Source: Terriglobia bacterium (GTDB taxonomy: Bacteria > Acidobacteriota > Terriglobia > Terriglobales > Acidobacteriaceae). Taken from it: 64,000 nt of DNA. The notes beneath the pieces are model-generated. The model was not told the DNA's origin. It made no database searches and saw nothing but the letters and a program-made list of their open reading frames with translations. The translations under genes were made by a program, and so were the position numbers. The stretch spans positions 350,173-414,172 of the forward strand of contig JAIQGF010000011.1 of assembly GCA_020072845.1 (NCBI GenBank). The letters run 5' to 3'. Positions 50,853 to 61,508 of the stretch are shown here, in pieces; the stretch's first letter is position 1, and every line of letters starts with the position of its first letter.

Positions 50853-53084
50853 ATGCGGCGCGGCGGCATCTTAGTCATACTGGTTTGCGTGGCGATCAGC
50901 GGCACGGTGGTCGGACAGGAGAAGGCAATGCGCACGGCGATTGAGAGTCCGAGGACGCAGGACCACGGGTCGGAGACCCGTGCCACACAAGTCGCGTGGC
51001 TGGCGGCGGCACAGAAAACGATGGAAAGCGAACTGGCCGCCAAGTATGGCCAAGGGCAGCGCGAGCGGACGCGTCGCGGGCTGAAGCAGGTGGGCGAGTT
51101 CTGGCGGACGGAAGATGGAGATCAGGCGGCGTTCGAGGCGTTCGTGCGGGCCAACTTTGCCGGTGACCAGGCAACGCTCGATACCACATTCGCGCGCTTC
51201 GAGAGACTGATGGAGCAGCTCGAAGGTCACCTGCAGGAGATCGGGCGCGAGATGCGTACCCAGGCCGATCTGGACCTGGGGCCGATGCTGCCGCTGGACG
51301 AAACTTTCGCCGGGTTCGATGCCGGAGCGCATGTCACCGACGACATGTTTCGCAACAAGCTGGCGTTCGTGGTGCTGCTGAATTTTCCGCTGACCACCCT
51401 CGACCAGCGGCTGAGCCAGGGGCAGCATTGGACGCGGCGCCAGTGGGCGGAGGCGCGGCTGGCGCAGCGGTTCTCCAAGCGCGTGCCGGCGGAGGTGAAC
51501 CAGGCGATTGCGCAGGCGCAGGCCGAAGCCGATCACTACGTTTCCGAGTACAACATCTGGATGTACCACGTGGTGGGGGAGCAGTCGACGGTCGATGGTC
51601 GACAGTCGACGGCAAAAGCGGATTCCTCGCCTGCGGCTCGGAATGACAAGAGTGAAGTGAGACTTTTTCCGAAAGGGATGCGGTTGCTGTCACACTGGAA
51701 TTTGAGAGACGAAATCAAGGCGGATTATGACGCTGCGCAGAACGGGTTGGCGCGGCAGCGCACGGTACAGCAGGTGCTTGAGCGGATCGTGACGCAGACC
51801 ATTCCGGAGGCCGTCGTCAACAATCCGCAGGTGGACTGGAATCCGTGGACCAACGAGGTGAAGCCGGCGGCGGTGAAGGACAGCGACTTCAAGCCCACTC
51901 GGGTCGGAGACCCGAGCCACACAGACCCGAGCCACACAAGTAACCAGCGCGAGCCGGACACGCGCTACGCGACGCTGCAGAAGACGTACTTCGCGGCGCG
52001 CAAGATGGATCCGTATTCGCCGACGGCGCCAACGCTGATGGCGCGCCGTTTCGACGAGAACCGCGAAATCCCGGAAGCGCGCGTGCGCCAGATGCTGGTG
52101 GAGATCGTCAGCTCGCCGCTCGTGCCGAAAGTCGCGGCGCTGATCGAGAAGCGGCTGGGGCGGCCGCTGGAGCCGTTCGACGTGTGGTACTCGGGGTTCC
52201 GGCCGAAGTCGGAATACGCCGAGGCGCAACTCGATGAGATCGTGCGCCAGCGGTACCCGACGGCGGAGGCGTATCGCAAAGACATTCCGAATTTGCTGGT
52301 GAAACTGGGATTTTCTCCGGAGCGCGCGCAATACGTCGCGCAAAATATTATCGTGGACCCGGCGCGCGGCTCCGGGCACGCCATGGGCGCCGCCATGCGC
52401 GACGCCAAAGTCCACCTGCGCACGCGCATCGAGAAGTCGGGCATGAACTACAAGGGCTTCAACATCGCGGTGCATGAGATGGGGCACAACGTCGAGCAGA
52501 CGTTTTCCATGAAGGACGTTGACCAGTGGCTGCTCTCGGGCGTGCCCAACACGGCATTCACCGAGGCGCTGGCGTTTGTCTTTCAGGCGCGCGACCTGGA
52601 GTTGCTGGGCCTGCAAGCGCCGAGCGCGCAAGATGAGGCGATGCGCACGCTCAACGACTTCTGGGGCACGTACGAGATTGCCGGCGTGGCGCTGGTGGAC
52701 ATGGCTGCGTGGCACTGGATGTACGACCATCCCAATGCCACTCCGGCGGAGCTGCGCGAGGCCACGGTGCAGATGGCCAAGGACACATGGAACCAGTACT
52801 ACGCGCCGATATTCAAGAAGCGCGATGTGGTGCTGCTGGGCGTGTACTCGCACATGATCGATTACTTCCTCTACCTGCCCGATTATCCGATCGGGCACAT
52901 GATCGCCTTCCAGATCGAAGAGCAGATCAAGAAGGCGGGCAAAATTGGGCCGGAATTTGAGCGCATGGCGAGTTTCGGCAGCGTCGCGCCCGACTTGTGG
53001 ATGGTGCATGCGACGGGAAAACCGGTCGGGCCGGAGGCGCTGCTGCAAGCGACGGAGCGCGCGCTGGGGAAAATTCGCGAATAG
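50853..53084 (+). CDS. secreted zinc metallopeptidase (HExxH), family uncertain
   Basis: Strong AAGGAGG SD, signal peptide, and HEMGH motif (NIAVHEMGHNVEQ). Carries three repeat-derived segments. Confidence 0.75.
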   Translation: MRRGGILVILVCVAISGTVVGQEKAMRTAIESPRTQDHGSETRATQVAWLAAAQKTMESELAAKYGQGQRERTRRGLKQVGEFWRTEDGDQAAFEAFVRANFAGDQATLDTTFARFERLMEQLEGHLQEIGREMRTQADLDLGPMLPLDETFAGFDAGAHVTDDMFRNKLAFVVLLNFPLTTLDQRLSQGQHWTRRQWAEARLAQRFSKRVPAEVNQAIAQAQAEADHYVSEYNIWMYHVVGEQSTVDGRQSTAKADSSPAARNDKSEVRLFPKGMRLLSHWNLRDEIKADYDAAQNGLARQRTVQQVLERIVTQTIPEAVVNNPQVDWNPWTNEVKPAAVKDSDFKPTRVGDPSHTDPSHTSNQREPDTRYATLQKTYFAARKMDPYSPTAPTLMARRFDENREIPEARVRQMLVEIVSSPLVPKVAALIEKRLGRPLEPFDVWYSGFRPKSEYAEAQLDEIVRQRYPTAEAYRKDIPNLLVKLGFSPERAQYVAQNIIVDPARGSGHAMGAAMRDAKVHLRTRIEKSGMNYKGFNIAVHEMGHNVEQTFSMKDVDQWLLSGVPNTAFTEALAFVFQARDLELLGLQAPSAQDEAMRTLNDFWGTYEIAGVALVDMAAWHWMYDHPNATPAELREATVQMAKDTWNQYYAPIFKKRDVVLLGVYSHMIDYFLYLPDYPIGHMIAFQIEEQIKKAGKIGPEFERMASFGSVAPDLWMVHATGKPVGPEALLQATERALGKIRE
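50964..50991 (+). repeat. hairpin+CCACAC element copy in the peptidase CDS
   Basis: CACGGGTC GGA GACCCGTG CCACACAAG, encoding HGSETRATQ. Confidence 0.85.
51584..51612 (+). repeat. CGACGGT-word array in the peptidase CDS
   Basis: GTCGACGGTCGATGGTCGACAGTCGACGG, encoding STVDGRQST. Confidence 0.8.
51898..51940 (+). repeat. hairpin+CCACAC element copy with duplicated 3' half
   Basis: CTCGGGTC GGA GACCCGAG CCACACA GACCCGAG CCACACAAG, encoding TRVGDPSHTDPSHTS. Confidence 0.85.
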
Positions 53085-53095
53085 CTACGGAAAAA

Positions 53096-53175
53096 CTGAA
53101 CCACGGATTTCCACGGATGAACACGGATCGGACCTCACTTTCTCCGATCCATGTTGATGGCTACGGATGCGTACG
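53096..53175. repeat. AACCAC-decamer palindromic element (CACGGAT words)
   Basis: CTGAACCACGGATTTCCACGGATGAACACGGATCGG ... CCGATCCATGTTGATGGCTACGGATGCGTACG. Confidence 0.85.
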
Positions 53176-53247
53176 TCGGCTTGATGACGGAACTTTTGGA
53201 ACCGTGGGCGCGTATCTGGTGGTGAAGCCGAGGGGAGGGCTTGGCGA

Positions 53248-53739
53248 ATGTTTTGTGATGCGTGCGGCGCGGCGCTGCAGCCCGGACAGGCCTACTGTAC
53301 GCGCTGCAGTAAACAGGTGATCGGGCCGGTGGTGGCAGGAAGCGGGCGCGTGGCGCGCCATGCCCATCTGCTGGGAATTCTGTGGATTGCGTACTCGGCG
53401 CTGTCGCTGCTTGGTGGCGTCATTTTGATGATCGTGGCGCGCACGATTTTCGGGCCCTTGGGACTCCCCTCCATGCATGGAGGGCCGCCCATGTTTATCC
53501 GGCCGCTGCTGTCGGCCATCGCAGTCGTGCTGCTGTGTAAGGCAGCGGCGGGGATCGCGGCGGGTCTCGGCCTGCTCCAGCGCCAGGATTGGGGTCGCAT
53601 CCTGGCGATCGTGCTCGGCGTGATTTCGCTGATCAATATTCCGTTCGGAACCGCGCTCGGGGTCTACACGCTGTGGGTGCTGGTGTCGCCGGGGGCGGAC
53701 AAAGAATACGAAGCGCTGGCGCGAGGCTCGGCCGGATAG
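53248..53739 (+). CDS. zinc-ribbon domain membrane protein
   Basis: MFCDACGAALQPGQAYCTRCS zinc ribbon followed by 4 TM segments. GAGGGGAGGG SD. Confidence 0.6.
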   Translation: MFCDACGAALQPGQAYCTRCSKQVIGPVVAGSGRVARHAHLLGILWIAYSALSLLGGVILMIVARTIFGPLGLPSMHGGPPMFIRPLLSAIAVVLLCKAAAGIAAGLGLLQRQDWGRILAIVLGVISLINIPFGTALGVYTLWVLVSPGADKEYEALARGSAG

Positions 53740-53742
53740 TCC

Positions 53743-54396
53743 TCACCAGTGACTCGTGCGGTGCCGGTCAATCCACCATGACCACGGCAGGAAAATGACG
53801 GCCGCGGCGATGCCGGTCCAGGCAATCGCGGCCACGCTCGGCGGTGGCGGGCTGTAGCGGTCGGCGACGTACAGAACCAGCAGCAATCCCACAAAAGCCA
53901 CCAACAGATAGCGGCCGCTGAGGTGAAAGGCCCGCGTGGCGTGCGCGTACAGATAGACGCCGGCGGCGAACATCGCCACTTCCACGATCATCGTCCCCGG
54001 AATTGAGTTCCAGAGTCCGAGCCCAAGTTTCGGGCCGCCGGGGTAAAGCGGCATGTCGGGACGATGGCTGATCCAATCCAGTACCCAGTGGCTGACGACG
54101 CCAATCCAGATGACAACGGTGCCTCGCCGGTAATGCGTGATGCCGTAAAAGACCAGCGCGAAAGCCGTCGCCCAGACCACCGCCATCAGCAAACTGTGCG
54201 ACCAGGGATAACGGACAAAGTCCAGCGGCGTGAAGCGCGTGTTGCCGGGGTCAATGCGGGCCTGCTCCCATCCGGCGAGCACGAAGACTGGCCACAGAAT
54301 GTCGGGAAACAGCGCCGCCGCCAGCAGCGCGGCCAGGTTGGCGCGCGGCGCGAACTTTTTCGCGGCGAAGCCGACGGCAAAATGTCCGATGAACAT
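53743..54396 (-). CDS. membrane-bound metal-dependent hydrolase-like protein (YdjM/DUF457-like)
   Basis: MFIGHFAVGFAAK start and conserved His residues (WSHSL, HWVLDWISH). 217 aa, polytopic. Confidence 0.65.
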   Translation of the reverse strand: MFIGHFAVGFAAKKFAPRANLAALLAAALFPDILWPVFVLAGWEQARIDPGNTRFTPLDFVRYPWSHSLLMAVVWATAFALVFYGITHYRRGTVVIWIGVVSHWVLDWISHRPDMPLYPGGPKLGLGLWNSIPGTMIVEVAMFAAGVYLYAHATRAFHLSGRYLLVAFVGLLLVLYVADRYSPPPPSVAAIAWTGIAAAVIFLPWSWWIDRHRTSHW

Positions 54397-54399
54397 GAA

Positions 54400-54428
54400 C
54401 AGTTTCAGTATAGAGCTTTAGTTTCAGC
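54400..54428 (-). repeat. GAAACT-type array abutting the 53743-54396 start
   Basis: Minus strand: GCTGAAACTAAAGCTCTATACTGAAACTG TTC ATG. Confidence 0.8.
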
Positions 54429-54438
54429 GTGGGAGTAC

Positions 54439-56679
54439 CTAGTCCGACGAAAGAGTGGGAGCCTGTTGTGCGCGGCGCGCCTGAATTTCGATGTACACGT
54501 TAATCAGCGACACCGCCGCCGGCGTGACCCCTGGAATGCGGCCAGCCTGTCCGATGGTACGCGGGCGCACGCGCTGCAGCTTTTCCTTCATCTCGCGGGA
54601 GAGGCCGCTGACCGAGCCGTAATTGAACCAGTCCGGAATGGTGCGCTGCTCGGCCTTCTTCAAGCGCTCGATCGCCTTCTGCTGCTGGCCCAGGTAGCCG
54701 GCGTATTTGATTTCGGTTTCCACCGACTTGAGCTCGTTACGGACTTCCGCCGGGAGAGCGTTGGGGGCCGGCGGTGTGGGACGCGCGCGGAAGGCGGGAA
54801 TTTGACGCACGAGCAGGCAATCGTCAGTGCCCGGAAAGTCGACGGTCGGCGGTCGACGGTCGACGGCCGCTCGGGTGAAGAAATCGGGAAGAAGATTGCG
54901 CAAGGTGTCGGTCAGCTTTTCGATGGTGACCTCGGGGCGCTTCAGCAATTGTGCAAGAGGAGCGCCGAGGTTGGCCGAGAGATCGAGCGTGTAGGGGTCC
55001 CTCGACTCGGGCGTGCGCCCCTTCGACTCGCTCAGGGCAGGCTCTCGCTCGGGATGACAGCCGGTTGATTCGGTGTCTGCATCTTCAACCACGTCGGCCG
55101 CCGACTGTCGACCGTCGACTGTCGACCTCTCGATCATCTCCAGCATTTCACCGTTCAGCTTCGTCTTCTCCAGCACTTCCTTCAGCGTCGTCATGCGTTC
55201 CTGCTTCGCGACATACGCCAGCCAGGCTTGGTCGGAGATCAGGCCGACGCGGCGGCCGTAGGCGGTGAGGCGGCGGTCGGCATTATCAATGCGCAGGTGG
55301 AGGCGAAACTCGGCGCGCGAGGTAAACATGCGGTAGGGCTCGTTGGTGCCCTTGCTGATGAGGTCGTCAATCAGGATGGCGGTGTAGGCTTCGGTGCGAT
55401 CCAGAACCAGCGGCGGCTCCGCCTTCACCGCCAGCGCCGCGTTGATCCCGGCCATGATCCCCTGACACGCCGCTTCTTCGTAGCCGCTGGTGCCGTTGAT
55501 TTGCCCGGCGAGATAGAGGCGCGCGATCTGCTTGGTTTCGAGCGTGCGCTCCAGTTCGGTGGGATCGATGGCGTCGTACTCGATGGCGTAGCCGGGGCGC
55601 AGCATGTCGGCCTGATCGAGCCCGGGGATGGTCTTGAGGATAGCGGCCTGCACCTCGTAGGGCAGCGAGGTGGCCATGCCATTGACGTAAATCTCGTGCG
55701 TGTTCAGGCCCTCGGGCTCGAGGAAAAGCTGGTGCGTCGGCTTGTCGGGGAACTTGACGATCTTGTCCTCAATCGAAGGACAATATCGTGGTCCGATAGA
55801 TTTGATCTGGCCGCTGTACATGGGCGAGCGATGGACGTTCTCGCGGATGACGCGGTGGGTCTCCTCGGTGGTGAACGCGATGTAGCACGGCACCTGGCGG
55901 CCGGCGTTGGTGACGCGGCGGGTGCGGAAGCTGAAGGGCGTGGGGTCGGGATCGCCGGGCTGCGCCTGGAAGCGCGACCAGTCAATGGTGCGGCCGTCGA
56001 GGCGCGGCGGCGTGCCGGTCTTCAGCCGGCAGCCCCGCAGGCCGAGCTTCTTGATGTTCTCGCCCAGCAGAACCGAGGGTGGTTCGCCGCTGCGTCCGGC
56101 GGGAATCTGCTGCTCGCCGCAGTGGATCAGACCATTGAGAAACGTGCCGGTGGTGATGACCACAGCCTCCGCACCGACTGTTCTGCCATCCCGGAGAACG
56201 ATGCCGGAACAGCGTCGACGGTCGACTGTCGACGGCTGACGGCCGTCCGGATCGGAGTTGTTACCGTCGACCGTCGACCGTGGACCGTCGACAATCAGAT
56301 CGACCACTTCCGCTTGCTTGATTTTCAAATTAGGCTGCGATTCCAGCACCTGGCGCATCTGCAAGCGGTACTGCTGCTTGTCGCATTGCGCGCGCGGCGA
56401 CCAAACGGCCGGCCCGCGCGAGGTGTTGAGCAGACGGAACTGGATGCCGACGGCGTCGGTAACCTCGCCCATGATGCCGCCGAGCGCGTCCACTTCACGC
56501 ACCAGGTGGCCCTTGGCGATGCCGCCCACCGCGGGATTGCAGGACATCTGCGCGATCAGGTCGAGGTTGAGCGTGAACAGGGCGGTCTTCAGGCCCATGC
56601 GCGCGGCGGCCATCGCGGCCTCACAACCGGCATGCCCGGCGCCGACCACGACCACATCGTATTGTTCCGAAATCCCCAC
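54439..56679 (-). CDS. mnmG: tRNA uridine-5-carboxymethylaminomethyl modification enzyme MnmG (GidA)
   Basis: [17 protein letters not shown] motif, GPRYCPSIE, and [14 protein letters not shown]-domain. 746 aa including repeat-derived inserts. GTG start. Confidence 0.95.
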   Translation of the reverse strand: MGISEQYDVVVVGAGHAGCEAAMAAARMGLKTALFTLNLDLIAQMSCNPAVGGIAKGHLVREVDALGGIMGEVTDAVGIQFRLLNTSRGPAVWSPRAQCDKQQYRLQMRQVLESQPNLKIKQAEVVDLIVDGPRSTVDGNNSDPDGRQPSTVDRRRCSGIVLRDGRTVGAEAVVITTGTFLNGLIHCGEQQIPAGRSGEPPSVLLGENIKKLGLRGCRLKTGTPPRLDGRTIDWSRFQAQPGDPDPTPFSFRTRRVTNAGRQVPCYIAFTTEETHRVIRENVHRSPMYSGQIKSIGPRYCPSIEDKIVKFPDKPTHQLFLEPEGLNTHEIYVNGMATSLPYEVQAAILKTIPGLDQADMLRPGYAIEYDAIDPTELERTLETKQIARLYLAGQINGTSGYEEAACQGIMAGINAALAVKAEPPLVLDRTEAYTAILIDDLISKGTNEPYRMFTSRAEFRLHLRIDNADRRLTAYGRRVGLISDQAWLAYVAKQERMTTLKEVLEKTKLNGEMLEMIERSTVDGRQSAADVVEDADTESTGCHPEREPALSESKGRTPESRDPYTLDLSANLGAPLAQLLKRPEVTIEKLTDTLRNLLPDFFTRAAVDRRPPTVDFPGTDDCLLVRQIPAFRARPTPPAPNALPAEVRNELKSVETEIKYAGYLGQQQKAIERLKKAEQRTIPDWFNYGSVSGLSREMKEKLQRVRPRTIGQAGRIPGVTPAAVSLINVYIEIQARRAQQAPTLSSD
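54838..54870 (+). repeat. CGACGGT-word array inside mnmG (3' region)
   Basis: GTCGACGGTCGGCGGTCGACGGTCGACGGCCG, encoding [12 protein letters not shown] on the minus strand. Confidence 0.8.
54996..55058 (+). repeat. GGTCCCTCGACTCGGG...CTCAGGGCAGGCTC...CTCGGGATGAC element inside mnmG
   Basis: Encodes [22 protein letters not shown] on the minus strand. Same element as at 45931-46081. Confidence 0.8.
55095..55127 (+). repeat. CGACGGT-word array inside mnmG (inverted partner of 54838-54870)
   Basis: CGGCCGCCGACTGTCGACCGTCGACTGTCGACC, encoding [11 protein letters not shown] on the minus strand. Confidence 0.8.
56214..56292. repeat. CGACGGT-word palindrome inside mnmG (FAD-domain region)
   Basis: CGTCGACGGTCGACTGTCGACGGCTGACGGCC ... 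CCGTCGACCGTCGACCGTGGACCGTCGAC, encoding [24 protein letters not shown]. Confidence 0.85.
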
Positions 56680-56685
56680 ACATTC

Positions 56686-56691
56686 ATTGTA
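56686..56691 (-). promoter_or_regulatory. -10-like hexamer TACAAT 6 nt upstream of the mnmG GTG
   Basis: Minus strand: GTTACAAT GAATGT GTG GGG ATT. No SD. Confidence 0.25.
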
Positions 56692-56701
56692 ACGAGTCGA
56701 T

Positions 56702-56730
56702 GGTCCCCTCGGCTACGCTCGGGGCAGGCT
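56702..56730 (+). repeat. GGTCCCCTCGG...CTCGGGGCAGGCT element fragment
   Basis: GGTCCCCTCGGCTACGCTCGGGGCAGGCT. Related to 54996-55058. Confidence 0.55.
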
Positions 56731-56750
56731 TTGGTCGATGGCCGATCGCT

Positions 56751-57500
56751 TCAACGGCGCGCGGCGGGCGAGACGCTGAGTTGCTTGAGCAGCGAATTGG
56801 CCTGGCGAATCCAGTGCGCGTCGGCGCGGCGGAGCGGGCCGGAAAGGGTGGCGCGCTTGTTGACGACGCGCTGCGCCCATTCGCGCGCCTCGTCGGACTT
56901 GCCCTGCGCCGCGAGGAACTCGGCGAAGCGAAATTGAGTTTCCGAAAGCGTGGAGGTCGTCAGCGCCTCCCGGAACAGTTTTTCCGCCGCGTCCGCCTGG
57001 CCGGTCTGCGCGTAACAAAACGCGAGCAGTCCCATGGCCCGGCCGTAGTCGTGCTTGCGGTCTGTCGCAAGGACTGCTTCCAGATCGGGGACCGCCTTCT
57101 GCATGTCGCCCAGGTGCAAAGAGCAAATCGCGCGGCCATAGAAGGGATCGGGCAGGTCGGTGCGGGAAGAAATGGCGCGATCGAAGCACTCGCGGGCGCG
57201 CGCGTAGTTCCGGTCCTGGAGGTGAAGGTCGGCGAGTTCCTCGTAGTTGCCGGCGGAAGGGTTGTCGAGCACGGCCGCTTCCAGTTCCCTGATGCGCTTC
57301 CTTTTCACCATCCAGCCGGAAGAAGCGTGGCCGGCGCGCAGCTCCGGCAGGACCTCGACGATGATGTAAACGATCGGGCCGATAGTTGGGAGAAAGAGGA
57401 TGAGGAACACCCACAGGTAATTACCGCTGCCGCGCTTGAAGAAATGCACCAGCGCGAAAACCGTCAGGAGCAGCGGCGCAAACGCGTAAATTTTCCACAT
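56751..57500 (-). CDS. membrane protein with PLDc_N-like N-terminus and TPR repeats
   Basis: MWKIYAFAPLLLTVFALVHFFKRGSGNYLWVFLILFLPTIGPIVYIIVE followed by TPR-like repeats. ORF trimmed to the ATG at 57500. Confidence 0.7.
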   Translation of the reverse strand: MWKIYAFAPLLLTVFALVHFFKRGSGNYLWVFLILFLPTIGPIVYIIVEVLPELRAGHASSGWMVKRKRIRELEAAVLDNPSAGNYEELADLHLQDRNYARARECFDRAISSRTDLPDPFYGRAICSLHLGDMQKAVPDLEAVLATDRKHDYGRAMGLLAFCYAQTGQADAAEKLFREALTTSTLSETQFRFAEFLAAQGKSDEAREWAQRVVNKRATLSGPLRRADAHWIRQANSLLKQLSVSPAARR

Positions 57501-57511
57501 GCCGGGCGGGA

Positions 57512-58510
57512 CTATAGCACAGCAGTTGCGGCGGGCGCGGTGGCGGGAACGAGCAGGTTCACGGTCTCCTTCGACATGGAGAACGAAACCGGCAGCGTGC
57601 CCAGCAACTCGCCGTCGGCTTCGGCGTAAATACGAGGCGGCAGTTGACGGCCGACGGTCGACGGTCGACGGCTGATGGGTTGGACTAACGGCAGACAACG
57701 ACACTCAGTAGAGGGCACAATCTCGATCTCGGAGCCCGAGTACGGGTGGCCGCTCCACACGCCGATCATGTAGCGCAGGAACGAGAGGCGGCTGCGGGTC
57801 TTAAACAGGACCAACTGAAAGTCGGGACGAGTGAGCGCGGCGCCGGGCGCGAGTTTGTCGAGCAGGCCGCCGAAGGAAGTGATGCGGACCGCCAGCACCT
57901 GCGAGACCTGTTCGCGCCGCCACTCGCCGCCGTGGTGGCGGAACTCGGCGGTGAACAGCGGGAAATCGTGCGTCAGCCACTGGCGCGTGGATTCGGTGTA
58001 ATACGCGGCCATGCCCCAGCGCTCCTTGAACCGCAGCGTGAGGCGGTAAACCATGTAGGCGTCGGCGCCGACCCCCGCCCCGACGATGCAGGAGCGGGAA
58101 TCGCGGGCGCCGCCGGGGCGCGTGGACTCGACCCGCAGCAAGATCGTGGGCCGCGTGCCGGCGGAGGCCAGCAGGCGCGCCGCTTGCGCGGGATCGAACG
58201 GCAGGCCAAGATCGTGCGCCAGGCCGTTGCCGGTGCCGAGCGGAATAACGCCGAGCGCGACCGGGGTTCCAACCACCGCGGGGAGGACCTCGTGCACGCT
58301 GCCGTCGCCGCCGCAGACGATGACTGCGTCGCACCCGCGGCCAATCGCTGCGCGCGCCTGCACGGCGGCGCTGCCCGGTGCGCTGGTCGGTTCCACGATG
58401 GGTTCCACACCGGCTGTCTGCAAGGCCGCGGCGGCAGCCTGCACGTCGGCGAGGCGGTGGCGTCGCCGCCGGCCGGATTCCGGGTTATAGAGCAGCAGGG
58501 CGCGTTTCAC
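57512..58510 (-). CDS. diacylglycerol kinase-family lipid kinase (YegS/LCB5-like)
   Basis: LLYNPESG, CGGDGSVHEV and IPLGTGN motifs. GTG start. Confidence 0.85.
   Translation of the reverse strand: MKRALLLYNPESGRRRRHRLADVQAAAAALQTAGVEPIVEPTSAPGSAAVQARAAIGRGCDAVIVCGGDGSVHEVLPAVVGTPVALGVIPLGTGNGLAHDLGLPFDPAQAARLLASAGTRPTILLRVESTRPGGARDSRSCIVGAGVGADAYMVYRLTLRFKERWGMAAYYTESTRQWLTHDFPLFTAEFRHHGGEWRREQVSQVLAVRITSFGGLLDKLAPGAALTRPDFQLVLFKTRSRLSFLRYMIGVWSGHPYSGSEIEIVPSTECRCLPLVQPISRRPSTVGRQLPPRIYAEADGELLGTLPVSFSMSKETVNLLVPATAPAATAVL
57643..57677 (+). repeat. CGACGGT-word array near the lipid kinase 3' end
   Basis: GTTGACGGCCGACGGTCGACGGTCGACGGCTGATGG, encoding PISRRPSTVGRQ on the minus strand. Confidence 0.7.
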
Positions 58511-58521
58511 CGGGAGGCCTT

Positions 58522-60718
<2,197 letters not shown>

Positions 60719-61195
60719 ATGCTGCTGTTGCTGTCAATGATCCTGGCCGTGCTGCCGCTGCTCGGCATCGCAGGGCTGATTTACGTCAACCCCGAACTGA
60801 CGGTTGACAACCTTTTCATGTCGCTGATCCTGCTGACCATCTCGGGGATCTTCGGCATCAACGTGCTGCTGGAGTTGCGCGACCGCGGCCTGCCCATCCC
60901 TCTGCTGGGCAAGAGCCGTGAGCCGGGCATGGTGGCTGTCAGTGCCGGGCGCACCTACGTGGTGATGCCCACCGGCGAGGTGAGGGAATCGGGCGTGGTG
61001 GAGACTGTGGCGTATTACGAGTCGGGCATCGGGCAAACCAACCGCTGCCTGGTGACGCTGCGCGACGGCGCCAGCCCGCGCATGCTGGTCTTTAAGGGCG
61101 ACGTGCGCGACCAGTTCCCGGTCGGCGGGCGCGTGACCGTGACCTACCGTAGCACCGAGGAGGGCGCCGACCTGCTGGATAGAAAGCTGGCTTAG
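60719..61195 (+). CDS. hypothetical membrane protein
   Basis: The ATG directly follows the ligA TAA. Two N-terminal TM segments, then a beta-rich domain. Confidence 0.55.
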   Translation: MLLLLSMILAVLPLLGIAGLIYVNPELTVDNLFMSLILLTISGIFGINVLLELRDRGLPIPLLGKSREPGMVAVSAGRTYVVMPTGEVRESGVVETVAYYESGIGQTNRCLVTLRDGASPRMLVFKGDVRDQFPVGGRVTVTYRSTEEGADLLDRKLA

Positions 61196-61199
61196 GACA

Positions 61200-61232
61200 G
61201 GCTTCAGTCGTCAGTCTTCAGTCGTCAGTGAA
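61200..61232 (+). repeat. CAGTCNT heptamer array
   Basis: GGCTTCAGTCGTCAGTCTTCAGTCGTCAGTGAA. Confidence 0.85.
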
Positions 61233-61265
61233 GGCGCGAAGAACGTGATTGAATCGAGCGCGGCG

Positions 61266-61508
61266 TTAGTCAATCGCCGCGATTTTTTTGTCCAGCTCCG
61301 ACAGAGACCGCTGCAGCATTTGCGCGTAGCGCGGGTTCTGGCTCGATGCCAGCTCATGCGCGACCTTGGCGCGGGCCAGCTCCAGGGTTCTTTTTTCCAT
61401 GATGTGCTGGACTTGATCGGCTGTCCGGGTCTTTACCGCTTTGGTTATCGCTTCTGATTTTTCTTCAATTTGCGCTTCAACGGATTTCGATTCCCAGCCT
61501 CTCGCCAT
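61266..61508 (-). CDS. hypothetical 80-aa coiled-coil protein
   Basis: MARGWESKSVEAQIEEKSE... The ORF is trimmed to the ATG at 61508. Confidence 0.45.
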   Translation of the reverse strand: MARGWESKSVEAQIEEKSEAITKAVKTRTADQVQHIMEKRTLELARAKVAHELASSQNPRYAQMLQRSLSELDKKIAAID

